From contig NC_043000.1 in assembly GCF_006345805.1 (NCBI RefSeq), positions 41,912,001 through 41,976,000 on the forward strand: a stretch of DNA of 64,000 nt. Reading direction: 5' to 3'. Position 1 is the stretch's first letter. Each line of letters opens with the position of its first letter. Under the pieces are notes generated by a model. That model saw only the letters and a list, made by a program, of their open reading frames with translations. It did no database searches and was not told the origin of the DNA. Below, piece by piece: positions 40,032 through 53,194 of the stretch. Both the position numbers and the translations under genes were made by a program. The stretch comes from Octopus sinensis (lineage: Eukaryota).

Positions 40032-41323
40032 TCTCTTATTATAAAAGGCAGATTTTATCTGCCTCCCTTTGTAAGTTATAGAAATCTACAATATAGGATT
40101 TCTTCAATTACAATTTACCTAGCATTTTTAAGAGTAGAATGCATCGGGTCATGCCACGTCCAGTTTTTAAAATTTAAACTCCAATTAAGCAAAATTTACA
40201 GAAAACTCACATTCTGGTGTGTATGTCAAATGCTCTTCTTAATGTGGTTTACACCACACGCAAACGCACACACACACAAAGGGAACGAACTGTTTCACTG
40301 ACGCTATCACCCTTCTCCTCCTTTGTCTTTGCAAGTTTGCAGCTATTAAAGTGAAAACAGTGAATCCGACAGCGATAAAGAAAACGAATTGGTACCTGAA
40401 TGGAGTGAAAATTTAAAAACTGTTTCTTTCGGTGATTTTTCTGAAGAAACTGGACCAAGCCACAGACTTTCCCAGAAGAGTAAAGCCTTAAGCTATTTCT
40501 ATTTACTTTTTCGAATGAGCCTATTTGAAATCATTACGGCAGAAACGAACCGTTACGCTAAACGTAAACAAAACGAAAGAAAGGATAGTTTGTTATTTCT
40601 CACAACCTTAAATGAAATTAAGGCCTATTTTGCCATAAATATTATTATGGGTATCAGAAAGTTACCCAGAATAACAAATTATATCGTAAAATTTTGTTGT
40701 ATACCCAATTGAATATTAGCTAATAACCCATTTTCTATAGCGATGTTTGAACAAAATTTTAATAATTTTATATATTGTTGAATTTACCTGTATCTACCTG
40801 CAATTAGAGTCACTTTGTGACAAAAATTATAGTATAGAATTGGTTGAGGACATTTCATTAAATTATCTTCCAAAAATCACATTAATATATTGATAAATAA
40901 AAAAGTTATTGTTGTTTAATGAAACCAGACTAAATTTATGATTACGTTAGAAAATAATTGAAACACATAAGGGGTGTATTTTGGTCAGAAATATAGTAAC
41001 GAAAGGGTTAAGAAAAACCAAACCGGGTATCTTATAGTCGTGAGTCATATCGAGCCCTTCTGGGTATTAGCGCGCGTCTACGATGAGTCTACGATTTAAA
41101 AGAAATTACCATCATATTTTTCCATTTTAATGCATTTTTTTCGCTATTATATAAGGGAAGTAACTCTCTAAAAATATCTACGATGTGTCAACGATTTAAA
41201 AGAAATTTACCTTAATTTTTTTCCATTTTTAATGCATTTTTCCTATTTTTTGGCTATAACTCTCTAAAAATGCTTATATAGTTATTTCCCTTACAAACCC
41301 GAGCAACGCGGGCGATACTGCTA

Positions 41324-41324
<1 letters not shown>
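40032..41324 (+). mobile_element. Composite Helitron-like unit: family X head, piggyBac fragment, family Y tail
   Basis: A|TC at 40032; piggyBac-like coding at 40350-40690; GGG|TTAA at 41005-41011; family Y homology 41016-41324 ending in a hairpin and CTAG|T. Confidence 0.65.
40350..40712 (+). pseudogene. piggyBac transposase N-terminal fragment
   Basis: SENSESDSDKENE..FSEETGP..YFYLLF..EIITAETNRYA..TTLNEIKAYFAINIIMG..LPRITNY fits PGBD-type N-terminal motifs (ETNxYA, EIKAF/Y, MG); ends before the catalytic core. Confidence 0.85.
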
Positions 41325-41393
<69 letters not shown>

Positions 41394-41539
41394 TATATAA
41401 TTGACAGCTGAAACAAAAATTAGTCACCAGATGGACAAGGAGACAAGCAGACAAATAGACAGAGACAGACGAATTGTCAAGTCGACAAAAGACTGAGAAA
41501 AGGAAACAAGAGAGAAAAGGAAAGAGAGAGAGAGAAACT

Positions 41540-41624
<85 letters not shown>

Positions 41625-42113
41625 TGAAAGAATTCAGAGAGCGGGAAAAACGCGAGCGAAGACAGGTAGGAAGTCATACGATAGAGAGTGAAAGAGAAAG
41701 GAAGAGTAAAGAGGAACATAAAAGAGAGTAAAGGTAAAAAAGAGTGAGAAACGACAAAAGCTATTTAGGCAAGCGAACATAATATAGAAAGACAGAGAGA
41801 CGGGCAGACAGTAAATGGGGGGAGAGAGAGCAAGGAGAGGAAGACACAGAGACAAACAGAAGCAGTTGAGCAACAGTTCGAAAAGACGGGTGGCGGGGGG
41901 GGGGAGAGAAAAAAAAAGAGAGACTGACAGACAGAAATAGACAGAGACACGGACTAGGCAAGACGTTCAGGCAGCAGGTTGGACCAACATTGCTATTCAA
42001 AGTTGAAAATTCACTTGACGTCTGAGCATAAAGATTAATTCCCAGCCAATACAATAATACACCCTGTTCACCGAACATACATTATATCATTATTGGCTCG
42101 TGTCAAAAGTCAG

Positions 42114-42188
<75 letters not shown>

Positions 42189-42309
42189 GTTATTATTATT
42201 ATTATTATTGTTATTATTATTGTTATTGTTATTATTATTATTATTATTAGTATTACTATTATTATTATTATTTTATTATTATTATTATTATTATTATCAT
42301 TATTATTAC

Positions 42310-42351
<42 letters not shown>

Positions 42352-42530
42352 CACTACTACAACTATTACTATTACTTTTATTATTATTATTATTATCATT
42401 ATTATTATTATTATTACTACTACTACTATTACTATCACTTTTATTATTATTATTATTATTATCATTATTATTATCATTATTATTATTATCATTATTATTA
42501 TCATTATTATTATTATTATCATTATTATTA

Positions 42531-42597
<67 letters not shown>
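42114..42597. repeat. ~480-bp compound (ATT/CAT/TAC/GTA)n microsatellite
   Basis: Direct reading; explains the poly-I/L/Y ORFs. Confidence 0.97.
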
Positions 42598-42945
42598 TAA
42601 TTGTTTTTTTCTGTGTATATTTATTTTTACATATATATATATTTTGTATTTCCTATTCCTATTCATATTTTTATGTCGTGCATTTTGTTATTATTTTTTT
42701 TTATAGATATTTTTTTCTTTATATATGATATTTACTTTGTAGTTATTTAACTTCGTTCCACAATAAACAAAAGCAAACACACACGCGAATGTGCGTGTAT
42801 GAATGTCGGCATGTAAAATGTATGTGCGTGTGTGTGTATATGTGTGTTGTGTTGTGTGTGAGTGTGTGTATGTTTTCATGTATGTAGTATATGTTATGTA
42901 TGTGTATGGATACATCTATTTTTTAAGTGCAGGTAAGAGGTAAGT

Positions 42946-43039
<94 letters not shown>

Positions 43040-44624
43040 GCATAGTACCGGTCAAAAATGATGATGTTTGCTTGAGAATAGAATGCATTGCCAGTCATAG
43101 ATTCTACATAATGGTTTGTAATGAAATCTGATATTCTACACCTGACTGGCATTGGGCTGAAACTGTACATTCTTTTTTTTTTGCGATAAATTTTAGGTAG
43201 ATTAAAAACTAGATGAACACCACATTTTCTGTCAGCTTTCTCTGCCCACGGAAGAATGGCTAAAGAGACAGTCGCACAAAGACAAATATTGGAATAACTT
43301 GGAAAACAATTTTCTTACACGATAAATGGTTGAACTTATGATCAGACTGGCTTTCATTTGCACAATGATGCTGGCGACGTTATGTAATCTGGCGTATTTC
43401 AAAATTGTTTACATTGCATCACAGTAAAAATATAGCAGCAAATGTGCACCTTTTTATTGCATAATAAATTAATTTTAATTAAAAGCAAATAAAACATAAA
43501 TATTAAAATATTTTGAATTGTAGGGCTGCAAACGTATTGCGTGTAGATTGCATGTATTTATGAACGTTTCCAAATATATAATCTGTTATTAAATTAATTA
43601 GGTATTATCTATTAACTGCATACTATTCATTTGAGTACAAGTTCATTTATCTGTATATTTGTATATTTACATATGCATTGTATTAGTGTGAACGTATATT
43701 CGTCGTCATATATCGTATACTCTTAAAGCACGTTGAGGACACTGCAAGGAAAGTCTTCCCAATTAAGCACGAATTCTCCCATCGAATGAAGCCCTAGCGT
43801 TACTTATTTCAGACTGTCGCGTAGTGTTTTCTTGACTGAGATACTGAAGCTGGTTTGCCATTGCTTTCTACAACCAGATGGCTGTTGGCCCACGAGGAGC
43901 TCATCTGCTCTTTGGAAGGTGTTGTTTTTAGTGCTGTTTGGTATCCAGATACTCTCTTCACAAGAGTAGCTAGTGGGGAAGCCAGTTTAATCCCTGACCA
44001 CCCGACCGTGGTTTACATAGTACTGGTTTACATGGTACCAGTAGCAGGTTTCATCAACCTGTGCTGATATCCCTAATCTGACACCAGTTTTATGTATGCC
44101 AGTTTTACCTAACATCAAATGACATCATTTAATTACACGGTCTTCCTCTAATTGACGTCATATTTCGCGAGAAAATCATTTCTATTGTTATGAATCAAAT
44201 TTCGCTTCAAATTATGTATGTAAAGATTCAAAATACTGTTTCAGGTTAGGTAATAAAACAGGGAAAGAGGAGTTTCTTTTCAAAACCATTAAATCTGTGA
44301 AATGCAAGTTTATCTTTAACATCTATAGGGTACAGTTCTATATTTGGACAAATATCCGTCGAATGTAAATAATGTAAATAATCTATAGAGTACTCCACAA
44401 ATATTTGGTCTCCTTGAAATTTTACCCAATATACAGACAGGTAGGCAGACAGATAATGTGGGTGGAGGTGGGATTGTGGGTTAGTGTGGGGTGGGTGAAT
44501 GTGGGTGGGTGGATGTGTGGGTTTGTGGTTGGGTGTGCAAGTGTGTGTGGGTGCGTGTGCGCGTGTGCGTATATATGTGTGAATGAGCAAAAAAAAGACA
44601 GAAGAGAAGAACAAGTTTTAGCTA

Positions 44625-44990
44625 AGGTATTAATATAAATGCTTAAAAAGAAAGGGAGTCTTTAACGTTTCCGATAATAGCGCTATGTACCTTCCGTTTC
44701 CGATGAGAAACCTTCATCAGAGAAAAGAAAATACGGAAGGTGGTGGAAAGAAAAGAGGTTTAGGGTACAAGAGAAAATGCGGTTCATAGGAAAAAGTTAG
44801 AAAGAGAGAAAAAAGCGGAGTGTTGTGTACATGTATAAGAAAGTAACCGTAAAGGGAGATGGGCATATGGGGAGATGTTGAGCGATGTGGGGTACAGGTG
44901 GTTGCTAGGAGTGTGCGGATGTGGAGGGGTGAAAATGTGGGATAGAAGGTGGAGGAGGAAAGAGAATAAGTGTGACTGTAATATCCCAAG
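44625..44990 (-). mobile_element. Penelope-like 3' end: pyrimidine-rich tract plus hammerhead-like motif
   Basis: Minus strand C/T-rich run, then CTGATGAAGG...GGAAACG; the downstream GAAACGTTAAAG..TAATAC resembles the minus-strand end at 47570-47622. Confidence 0.5.
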
Positions 44991-44994
44991 ACAC

Positions 44995-45345
44995 AGCTAA
45001 AGTAGACAACGTGTTGATTATGTTGAAGTCTCTGACTGTAAGTTTATCCTCCCTGCCAACTGCTTTCATAAGCAGTTCGAAGCTTCTTTTCAGATAATAT
45101 TCCTTGAGGTTAATTAACTATCATACCTTGGTCCATTGGCTGGAAGAAAGATGCATTCTTGGGAGTATATTCTACTCTCATATCATTTCCAGAAAGTTTT
45201 CTAAGTTAACTCAGTGGCTTTGTGCATTATCTAAAAGGAGTAATGTTTTATTAAGGATATTATGTTTGTCACTCTACCTTTCGACAACATGTCTATTTGT
45301 AACTCGCCTGCCTTTCGAAAAGGATCTTGGTCATCCATGCATTCA
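44995..45345 (-). pseudogene. Tigger/pogo transposase DDE-domain remnant
   Basis: AWMT (45329-45340), LLLDNAQSH (45214-45240), QPMDQG (45125-45142), LKEYY in the expected order. Confidence 0.85.
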
Positions 45346-45919
45346 AATTTGAATGCTATATCCGCAAAAAATTAAACTTTGAGTAACTCGTGCAAGCCCC
45401 TGGATTTTCGGTGAGATATATGAGCAGGGCTTTAATTTCATCAGCGGTATTTCCTACCAGATAAGGCGGCGAGCTGGCAGAATCGTTAGCACGCCGGGTG
45501 AAATGCTTTGTGGTATTTCGTCCGCCGCTACGGCGGATAGAATTTTTTCTATCCCAAAGAAAAACGATTTTATTCACACAAATATGTAACCGAAGAGTTT
45601 AAAGTAGCAGTAATGATAAGGTTGTTGACTGGGAGAACACAAACATGGTTTAAATAGTAAGCTTGGCAGGAAAGAAACGTGCATTTAAGCAGTACAAAAA
45701 CAACAAAAAATGGATGGTGCAGTTATATACAGGTTGACGAAAGAAAAGCAGGACAAAAACGGCTTTATCGATCGCATTCTCACCTGGAATCGATTTTTGT
45801 AATTTTTTCAAGACTTATCCACGCCTTGATACCGTGGGTATCTACATATCAAATTTGAGCGCAATCGGAAGGAGGATGCCCAAGATCCAAGAAGACACAC
45901 AGACAGAATGGATTTTATA

Positions 45920-45951
<32 letters not shown>

Positions 45952-46269
45952 CTATATATATATATATATATATACACACCTACACACCACACACACACAC
46001 ACATATATATATAGAGAGAGAGATATAGATAGATATACATAAACATATTCATGTAGTAAAGGGTAAAGACCCACTTCGGTCATGAATGATCATGGGATTG
46101 CACCTAGAAAGTTCTCCTCCAAGCCACAAGAATTACCTCCACGAAACCGATGTTATCCAAGAGCAAAGCAAGGCCTATACATACATACATACATACATAC
46201 ATACATACATACATACATACATACATACATGCATACATACGTACGTACATACATACATATATATATGTA

Positions 46270-46765
46270 GATGTGGTGTATGTGGGAGTGAGTGTAAGGG
46301 ATGGGTAGGGTGGGATGGGATAGATAGGGAAGGTGGAGTTGGATTATGTAGGGGTGGGTGGGGTTAGAGGGAGGGGTGACGATGAAGGGGAAAGGAGAAG
46401 GTGGGTAGGAATGAAGAGAAGTAGGAATCGGATATGGGTGGGAGGAAGTAGGTGTGTGGGGGAGAAAGAAAAGGGGAGGAGGTTAGAGGAAGAGAGGAGG
46501 AAAGTTGAGCCCATGTGGCGCAAAGGAGCGAAGAGAGAAGATTAATCTCTGTTCACGGCGCAAACGGGCGTCTGGATGGCTCTTGTGCAAGGAAAATCCG
46601 AACACATACAGGTGTTGCAAAGAGTGACCGGTAGAGCGGAAATGGCGAGAGAACGGGGTGTCGTTGCCGAGTCGGATGACTCGGAGGTGTTCCGCAAACC
46701 GGTCAGCCAAGCGGCGTCCCGTTTTCCCGATGTATAGAGAACGGCAGAGAGAGCAGGAGATGCAG

Positions 46766-46770
<5 letters not shown>
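46270..46770 (-). pseudogene. Penelope-like element 3' fragment: GIY-YIG endonuclease plus pyrimidine-rich 3' region
   Basis: 46770-46483 reads IYCISCSLCRSLYIGKTGRRLADRFAEHLRVI..SRHF..GHS..RLRREQRLIFSL..PHGLN without stops. Confidence 0.9.
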
Positions 46771-46822
<52 letters not shown>

Positions 46823-47330
46823 TATATACATACGGTGTGTGTCTGTGTACTTGCAATTTACAAACAAAAGGCAACGAGTATCGTTCTCACTAAAGTGACT
46901 TGAGAGTACTAGTCAGCAACAGCATTGCTAGAAATAAGAGTCAAAGAACTCTTAGCCACATGAGAACACTTTTATAATAACTGACATGGGAGAGAGACAA
47001 TTTCCCTACGGCAAGCGAGATGGTGTGTTGAAACAGATATTGTTATATTTGGGGATGGTAATATTTTTTCCAATTAACCACATGCACTGTATGTTTGGTC
47101 ATCTCTTCAGCTTTATTATTCTCCCTTTAGTGTCCTTTATCTTAAATATTTCGTCACACGTCCTGTCACCTCTTCAGCGTCTCTCCATCCCATGTGTCTT
47201 CCCCTATTTTCTCTAGTCCATTCTGGCCTTCTGAATGGAGTAAAGAGAAGAGGGCGCTAAAATAAAACTAAAGTAAAGGCCAAGTATATAGTGTATGGTT
47301 AACTGGCAAATTACGATCATCTCCAATATA

Positions 47331-47494
<164 letters not shown>

Positions 47495-47613
47495 TATATA
47501 TATATATATATATAAGGTTAATCCAAACAGGAAAACAGAAAAAACAACACCACAGGAGGTGGAACAATTAAAGTATTATTATTAGGCGCTCAGGAAAAGG
47601 AAGAAGGAAGGTA

Positions 47614-47648
47614 TGACGTTTCGAGCAGAGTTCTTCGTCGGAAACATA
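47614..47648 (-). ncRNA. Decayed minimal type I hammerhead-like motif (Penelope-type)
   Basis: GTTT-CCGACGA-A-GAAC(tct)GCTC-GAAACGT-C-ATAC. Confidence 0.6.
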
Positions 47649-47659
47649 AGAGAAAGATA

Positions 47660-47716
<57 letters not shown>

Positions 47717-47746
47717 ATATATTATATATATTATATATATATATAT

Positions 47747-47794
<48 letters not shown>

Positions 47795-48410
47795 ATGCAT
47801 ATGTTGTTGAAAATTAACCTAAATTTCAAAAACTCGTAATTGTTTAAAATACATTTATTTACATATATACCAACGTAGTTTAAGCAATATTTTTTTATTT
47901 ATCAATAGTAAAAGTTTTAAATTATGAATTAGAAAAACTGAACATTTAAACTTGTAACTATCCTCCTAATTTATAATGCTAAATATATTTGTTTTGAATA
48001 TTTTAATTTGTCAACATTGAAACTTTTTAAAATGTTCTTTTTCTAATTCAAAATTTTAAACTTTTACCGTTGATAAACAAAGCATATTGCTGAAACTGGT
48101 TTGGTAAATATGTAAATAACTGTATTTTGAATAATTACGAGTTTTCGAAATTTAAGTGCATTTTCAACATTTTCCTATTTTTTTCCTGAGTGGAAACACC
48201 AGCCTCTTTTGTAATATATATAATATATATATATATATATAATATATATATATATTATATATATATATATATATATAGTATATATATATATGTATGTATG
48301 TATGTGTGTGTGTGTGTGTGCGCGCGCGCGTGGTGTGTGTAGGTATATATATATATTATATATAATATATATTATATATATAATAGATATATATATATAT
48401 AACCGCCAAT

Positions 48411-48453
48411 TAAGCCATCCGATGATGGCTTAGGTGTCCGAAACTTCGAAGTC
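48411..48453 (+). ncRNA. Hammerhead-like motif with palindromic stem III
   Basis: CCGATGA...GTCC-GAA-ACTTCGAAGT-C; GUC cleavage triplet. Confidence 0.5.
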
Positions 48454-48490
48454 ACTCTCAATATTCTTGCTTAAAAATAACATACATATA

Positions 48491-48662
48491 GGCGCAGGAG
48501 TGGCTGTGTGGTAAGTAGCTTGCTTGCCAACCACATGGTTCTTGGTTCATTCACACTACGTGGCACCTTGGGCAAGTGTCTTCTACTATAGCCTCGGGCC
48601 GACCAAAGCCTTGTGAGTGAATTTGGTAGATGGAAACTGAAATAAGCCCGTCGGATATATGT

Positions 48663-48700
<38 letters not shown>

Positions 48701-48906
48701 GTTTGTGCGTCTGTGTTTGTCACCCCAATATCGCTTGACAACCGATGCTGGTTTGTTTATGTCCCCATAACCTAGCGGTTCGGCAAAAGAGACCGATAGA
48801 ATAAGTACTAGGCTTAAAAAGAATAAGTATTAGGGTCAATTAGCTTGACTAAAAAGGCGGTGCTCCAGCATGGCTACAGTCAAATGACTGAAACAAGTAA
48901 AAGAGA
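48491..48906 (+). mobile_element. Full-length SINE family A
   Basis: GGCGCAGGAGTGGCTGTGTGG head through GAAACAAGTAAAAGAG tail. Confidence 0.95.
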
Positions 48907-49169
48907 ATATACATGTGTATGTGTGTGTGTGTACGTACACGCTCGCTTGTGCATGCCTGCGTGTGTGTGTCTGTTGTGTTGTGTGGGGGGAGCACCTCCA
49001 TGCGCATACAGGCGCGTTTGACTACAGACATTCGAATTTTTGTTATTATTCTCGATATGTTTTTCTTTGTTTTATCTCTCTGCACGTGTTTGTATATATG
49101 TGTATGTATGCGTGTTTGTGTATGTGTATGTGCGCGTGAGCGTGTGTGTGTGTGATTATATATATATTA

Positions 49170-49210
<41 letters not shown>

Positions 49211-49307
49211 CTGTGTGAAAAGTGACGCTGGCACGTGAATGTCAATTACAAATGAATAGATTGAATACAGTCAAGAAAAGACACTGAACGAACTCATATA
49301 TGTATAT

Positions 49308-49339
<32 letters not shown>

Positions 49340-49410
49340 ATATATATCTATATATATAATGTATGTATGTATGTATGTATGTATTTATGTATTTATGTAG
49401 TATGTATGTA

Positions 49411-49456
<46 letters not shown>

Positions 49457-49462
49457 TATAAG

Positions 49463-49512
<50 letters not shown>

Positions 49513-49817
49513 AACGGTAAAAGAAACATGGAGTAATCGGTTATATTCATTCGTCAACATATGCCAAATGGGTGAGAAGGACGGCTAAAAGAAGGAAAAA
49601 GAATACATATAAACGTAATATAAGTATTATAAAATATGTACAAAAATACAGAAGTATAATATATGTTTAAAATATATAAAAAATATGAATATAAAATGGT
49701 TAATGAGAGAAAGTTGTATAGAATGGAAAGGGGTAAAATTTGAGATGTAATATAATAAAGCTTTCAGAATCCATGACTGTCCAGGGCAACCGTACAAACA
49801 GGACTTTTTGTTGGTGT

Positions 49818-50120
<303 letters not shown>

Positions 50121-51628
50121 TGACTTTTGTTTTATATTTGTACAAGTTGGGTCCAAGTCTCACCAAGAGACAGGTTGGAAGTTCGTGTTGTTGTTATGCC
50201 TAGTGTGCCATATATTTGGTTTTGTATTTAGTGTTGTACTAGTGAATGTCTAAAAAAGAAACATACGAAAATTATGTGTGTTTTAAAACTTGACTTTACA
50301 TAGAAAGTATTTTGCGTAGGATATGAGCAGTTCCCATGAGCACTATCTTTTGAATTTCTGCCATTTTGGGGTTTCCTGGTATCTGAGTTAGGTAGCAATT
50401 AGCCCCTTTTGCTATCATTCCCAGGGCACCTATGACTACAGGTATTGTTTTAGTCTTCTGGTTCCACATTTTGCTGATTTCTATTTCAAGATCTTTATAT
50501 TTGCTCAGTTTTTGGTAGGTCTTCACAGATACGTTTATATCGATTTGGACAGTCATATCAATGAGGAGGCATGTTCTTTGTCTGAAGTCTTTCAATATGA
50601 TGTCTGGCCTATTTGCATCTATCTTTCTGTCAGTTTGAATGGGGAAGTTCCAGAGGTGTGAGATGTGGTCATTTTCAAGCACTGGAGGTGGTTTGTGTTC
50701 CCACCAGTTTTTTTCATGAGGCAAATCCAGGTTTTCGCAGATTACCCAGTGAATATATTGTGCAGCTCTATCATGCCTGTTGGGATACTCTGTAGGCGCT
50801 AGAAGACTGCACTTGGAGACAACATGATCAATGGTTTCATTTTGTTGTTGACATACACGACATGTTGGACTACTGCCGTTCTTTAATATGTTGGCCTGGT
50901 AGTTCCTTGTTGGTAGGCATTGATCTTGAGCTGCTAAGATAAACCCTTCTGTTTCAGATTTTAAGCCAGAGGCCATTAGCCATTGATGGGTCAGGGCTTT
51001 GTCGATATCTGCATTATTCGCTCTCTTTGGGTATTTGCCATAGAGAGGTTTCTCTTGCCATTTATCATTCAGAATATCTGAGGCCGCAGTTTTAGCACGG
51101 GTTTTCATGCGTTTAGCTTTTTCTGAGCTTGTTTCTTGTATGTCTAATTCCGAAATTTGTTGTATTCACTTAGATATTCCTTTGCCTGTTTTGTTACTGA
51201 GTATGATGCTTTCTTGTTTTCATGTTTTGAGACAAATTTTAACATTCAGTCCTCAGAGTTTTTCAGGTAGGTGTCTAGGCCAATTGTAGCAATCTTCATT
51301 GTTATTGCCAGTTGTAAAAGTCCACGGCCTCCCTCTTTTCTTCTCAGATAAAGTCGTTCTATATCTGCCTTAGGGTGGTGTATTCTATGCATTGTCAGCA
51401 GTTTTCGTATTTTTCTCTCAAGATTACCATATTTCAGTAACTGACCAGTTAACGATATTGAAACTGTAAGTCACGACTGGTATGGCTAAAGCATTGATCG
51501 CTTCCATCCTATTTCTCGCATTCAGCTCTGTCTTGAGTATTGCTCTTACTCTGCGATAACATTCTCTCCTGGTCCTTTCCTTCATCACTGAATGCCTTAT
51601 TCCGCCCCCTTCAATTACCCCTTGGTAC

Positions 51629-51630
<2 letters not shown>
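50121..51630 (-). mobile_element. 5'-truncated R4/Dong-clade non-LTR retrotransposon (RLE type)
   Basis: KYQGV..ILKTELN..AINALAIPV, HHPKADIERLYLRRKEGGRGL, CCHC knuckle CRVC-X8-H-X4-C, RHD, RPDII-X-LIDMTV and KLSKYKDL; 270-aa ORF at 50296-51108; upstream frameshift and stop. Confidence 0.92.
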
Positions 51631-51710
<80 letters not shown>

Positions 51711-51721
51711 TATCATCATCA

Positions 51722-51763
<42 letters not shown>

Positions 51764-51773
51764 TATTATTATT

Positions 51774-51847
<74 letters not shown>

Positions 51848-51933
51848 CATCATTATCATTATCATCATCATCATCATCATCATCATCATCGTCATCATCA
51901 TCATCATCACCATCATCATTATTATTATTATTA

Positions 51934-51988
<55 letters not shown>

Positions 51989-51998
51989 CATCATCATT

Positions 51999-52056
<58 letters not shown>

Positions 52057-52112
52057 CCATCATCATTATTATTATTAGTATTGTTATTATAATAATAATT
52101 ATTATTATTATC
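51629..52112. repeat. Compound (ATT/ATC)n tract, 5' flank of the Dong-like LINE
   Basis: Direct reading. Confidence 0.97.
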
Positions 52113-52118
52113 ATTTTT

Positions 52119-52354
52119 AAGGCGGCGAGCTGGCCGAATCGCTCGCATGCAGGGTGAAATGCTATGCGGTATTTCATCTGCCGCTACATTCTGAGTTCAA
52201 ATTCCGCCGAGGTTGACTTTGCCTTTCATTCTTTCGTGGTCGATAAATTAAGCATCATTTGAGTACTGGGTGTTGATCAAATCGACTGGCCTCCTACCCC
52301 AAAATGTCAGGCTTTGTGTTTTTATTAGAAAGGATTATTATTATTATTATTATT
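52119..52354 (+). mobile_element. Full-length SINE family B with (ATT)n tail
   Basis: AAGGCGGCGAGCTGGCCGAATCG...GAGTTCAAATTCCGCC...AGAAAGGATTATTATT. Confidence 0.9.
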
Positions 52355-52900
52355 GAGTGAGAGAGAAGCACATGGCATCAAAGAGATACTGGGGTAAAAT
52401 ATACGAAGACCAATACACCCATCATGTCTACCACTCTGATAAGGGTACACCAGGCACATGCATCACAGCCATATGTGCGCGACATGGTGATTTCATATCA
52501 AGGTAAACAGTCCATGACCTTGCAGGTGGAGCCTAGTTAGAATTTTCTTCTGGTCGAGTAGCCCATTCTGCTCAAAAGGTCCCTGAATAAGAATTGTTTA
52601 AAGATGTTTAATTTTTCCAGAGGTGTATTATTCAAACTCAAAAGAATTCCTCTCAACACATGGCTATGATGTCCCCACTACTACTCCTGTTTATGATCAA
52701 AGATACACATATCATCAGCCATTAAGGGACATGCTCAACTGGTTGCGGTCAAGCAACTGACAAGCAATTCTGTGGTATGGAGCAGAATATTTGCTGTAGC
52801 CCGTCTTTTTATATCAAGACAAAACAATGTACATGATAACACTTCCAATCAGTTAAGATCAAAAGCCATGAGAGCCACTGCATTGTACTGCGTCAGGGCA
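52355..52900 (-). mobile_element. Unclassified ~545-bp retro-like insert between trinucleotide tracts
   Basis: Complex non-coding block with sharp borders at (ATT)n and (CTA)n; ends in (AAT)n on the minus strand. Confidence 0.45.
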
Positions 52901-53147
52901 TTACTACTACTACTACTACTACTACCACTACGGACAGAATCTTTACCGCGCCAAAAAATTACTTAACGGCATTTCGTCAGTCTTTGCATTCAGTGTTCAA
53001 AAGAGACTGGTAAAATAAGTGTTAGTCTTACAAAGAATAGGTCCTGGGGTCGATTTCTTCGACTAAAACCCTTCAAGGCGGTGCTTCAAGGCTGCAGTCA
53101 AATCACTGAAACAAGTAAAAGAATGTACACATGCACATATACTTACA

Positions 53148-53194
<47 letters not shown>

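Noticed and set aside
42093-42728. Long ORFs (211 aa here, 205 aa at 51540, and many YI/VC/TH-repeat ORFs)
   Set aside because: Translations of microsatellites that lack stops in some frames; no coding complexity.
43855-44067. 70-aa ORF in a GC-richer block
   Set aside because: No recognisable domain; possibly a LINE 5' remnant but unsupported.
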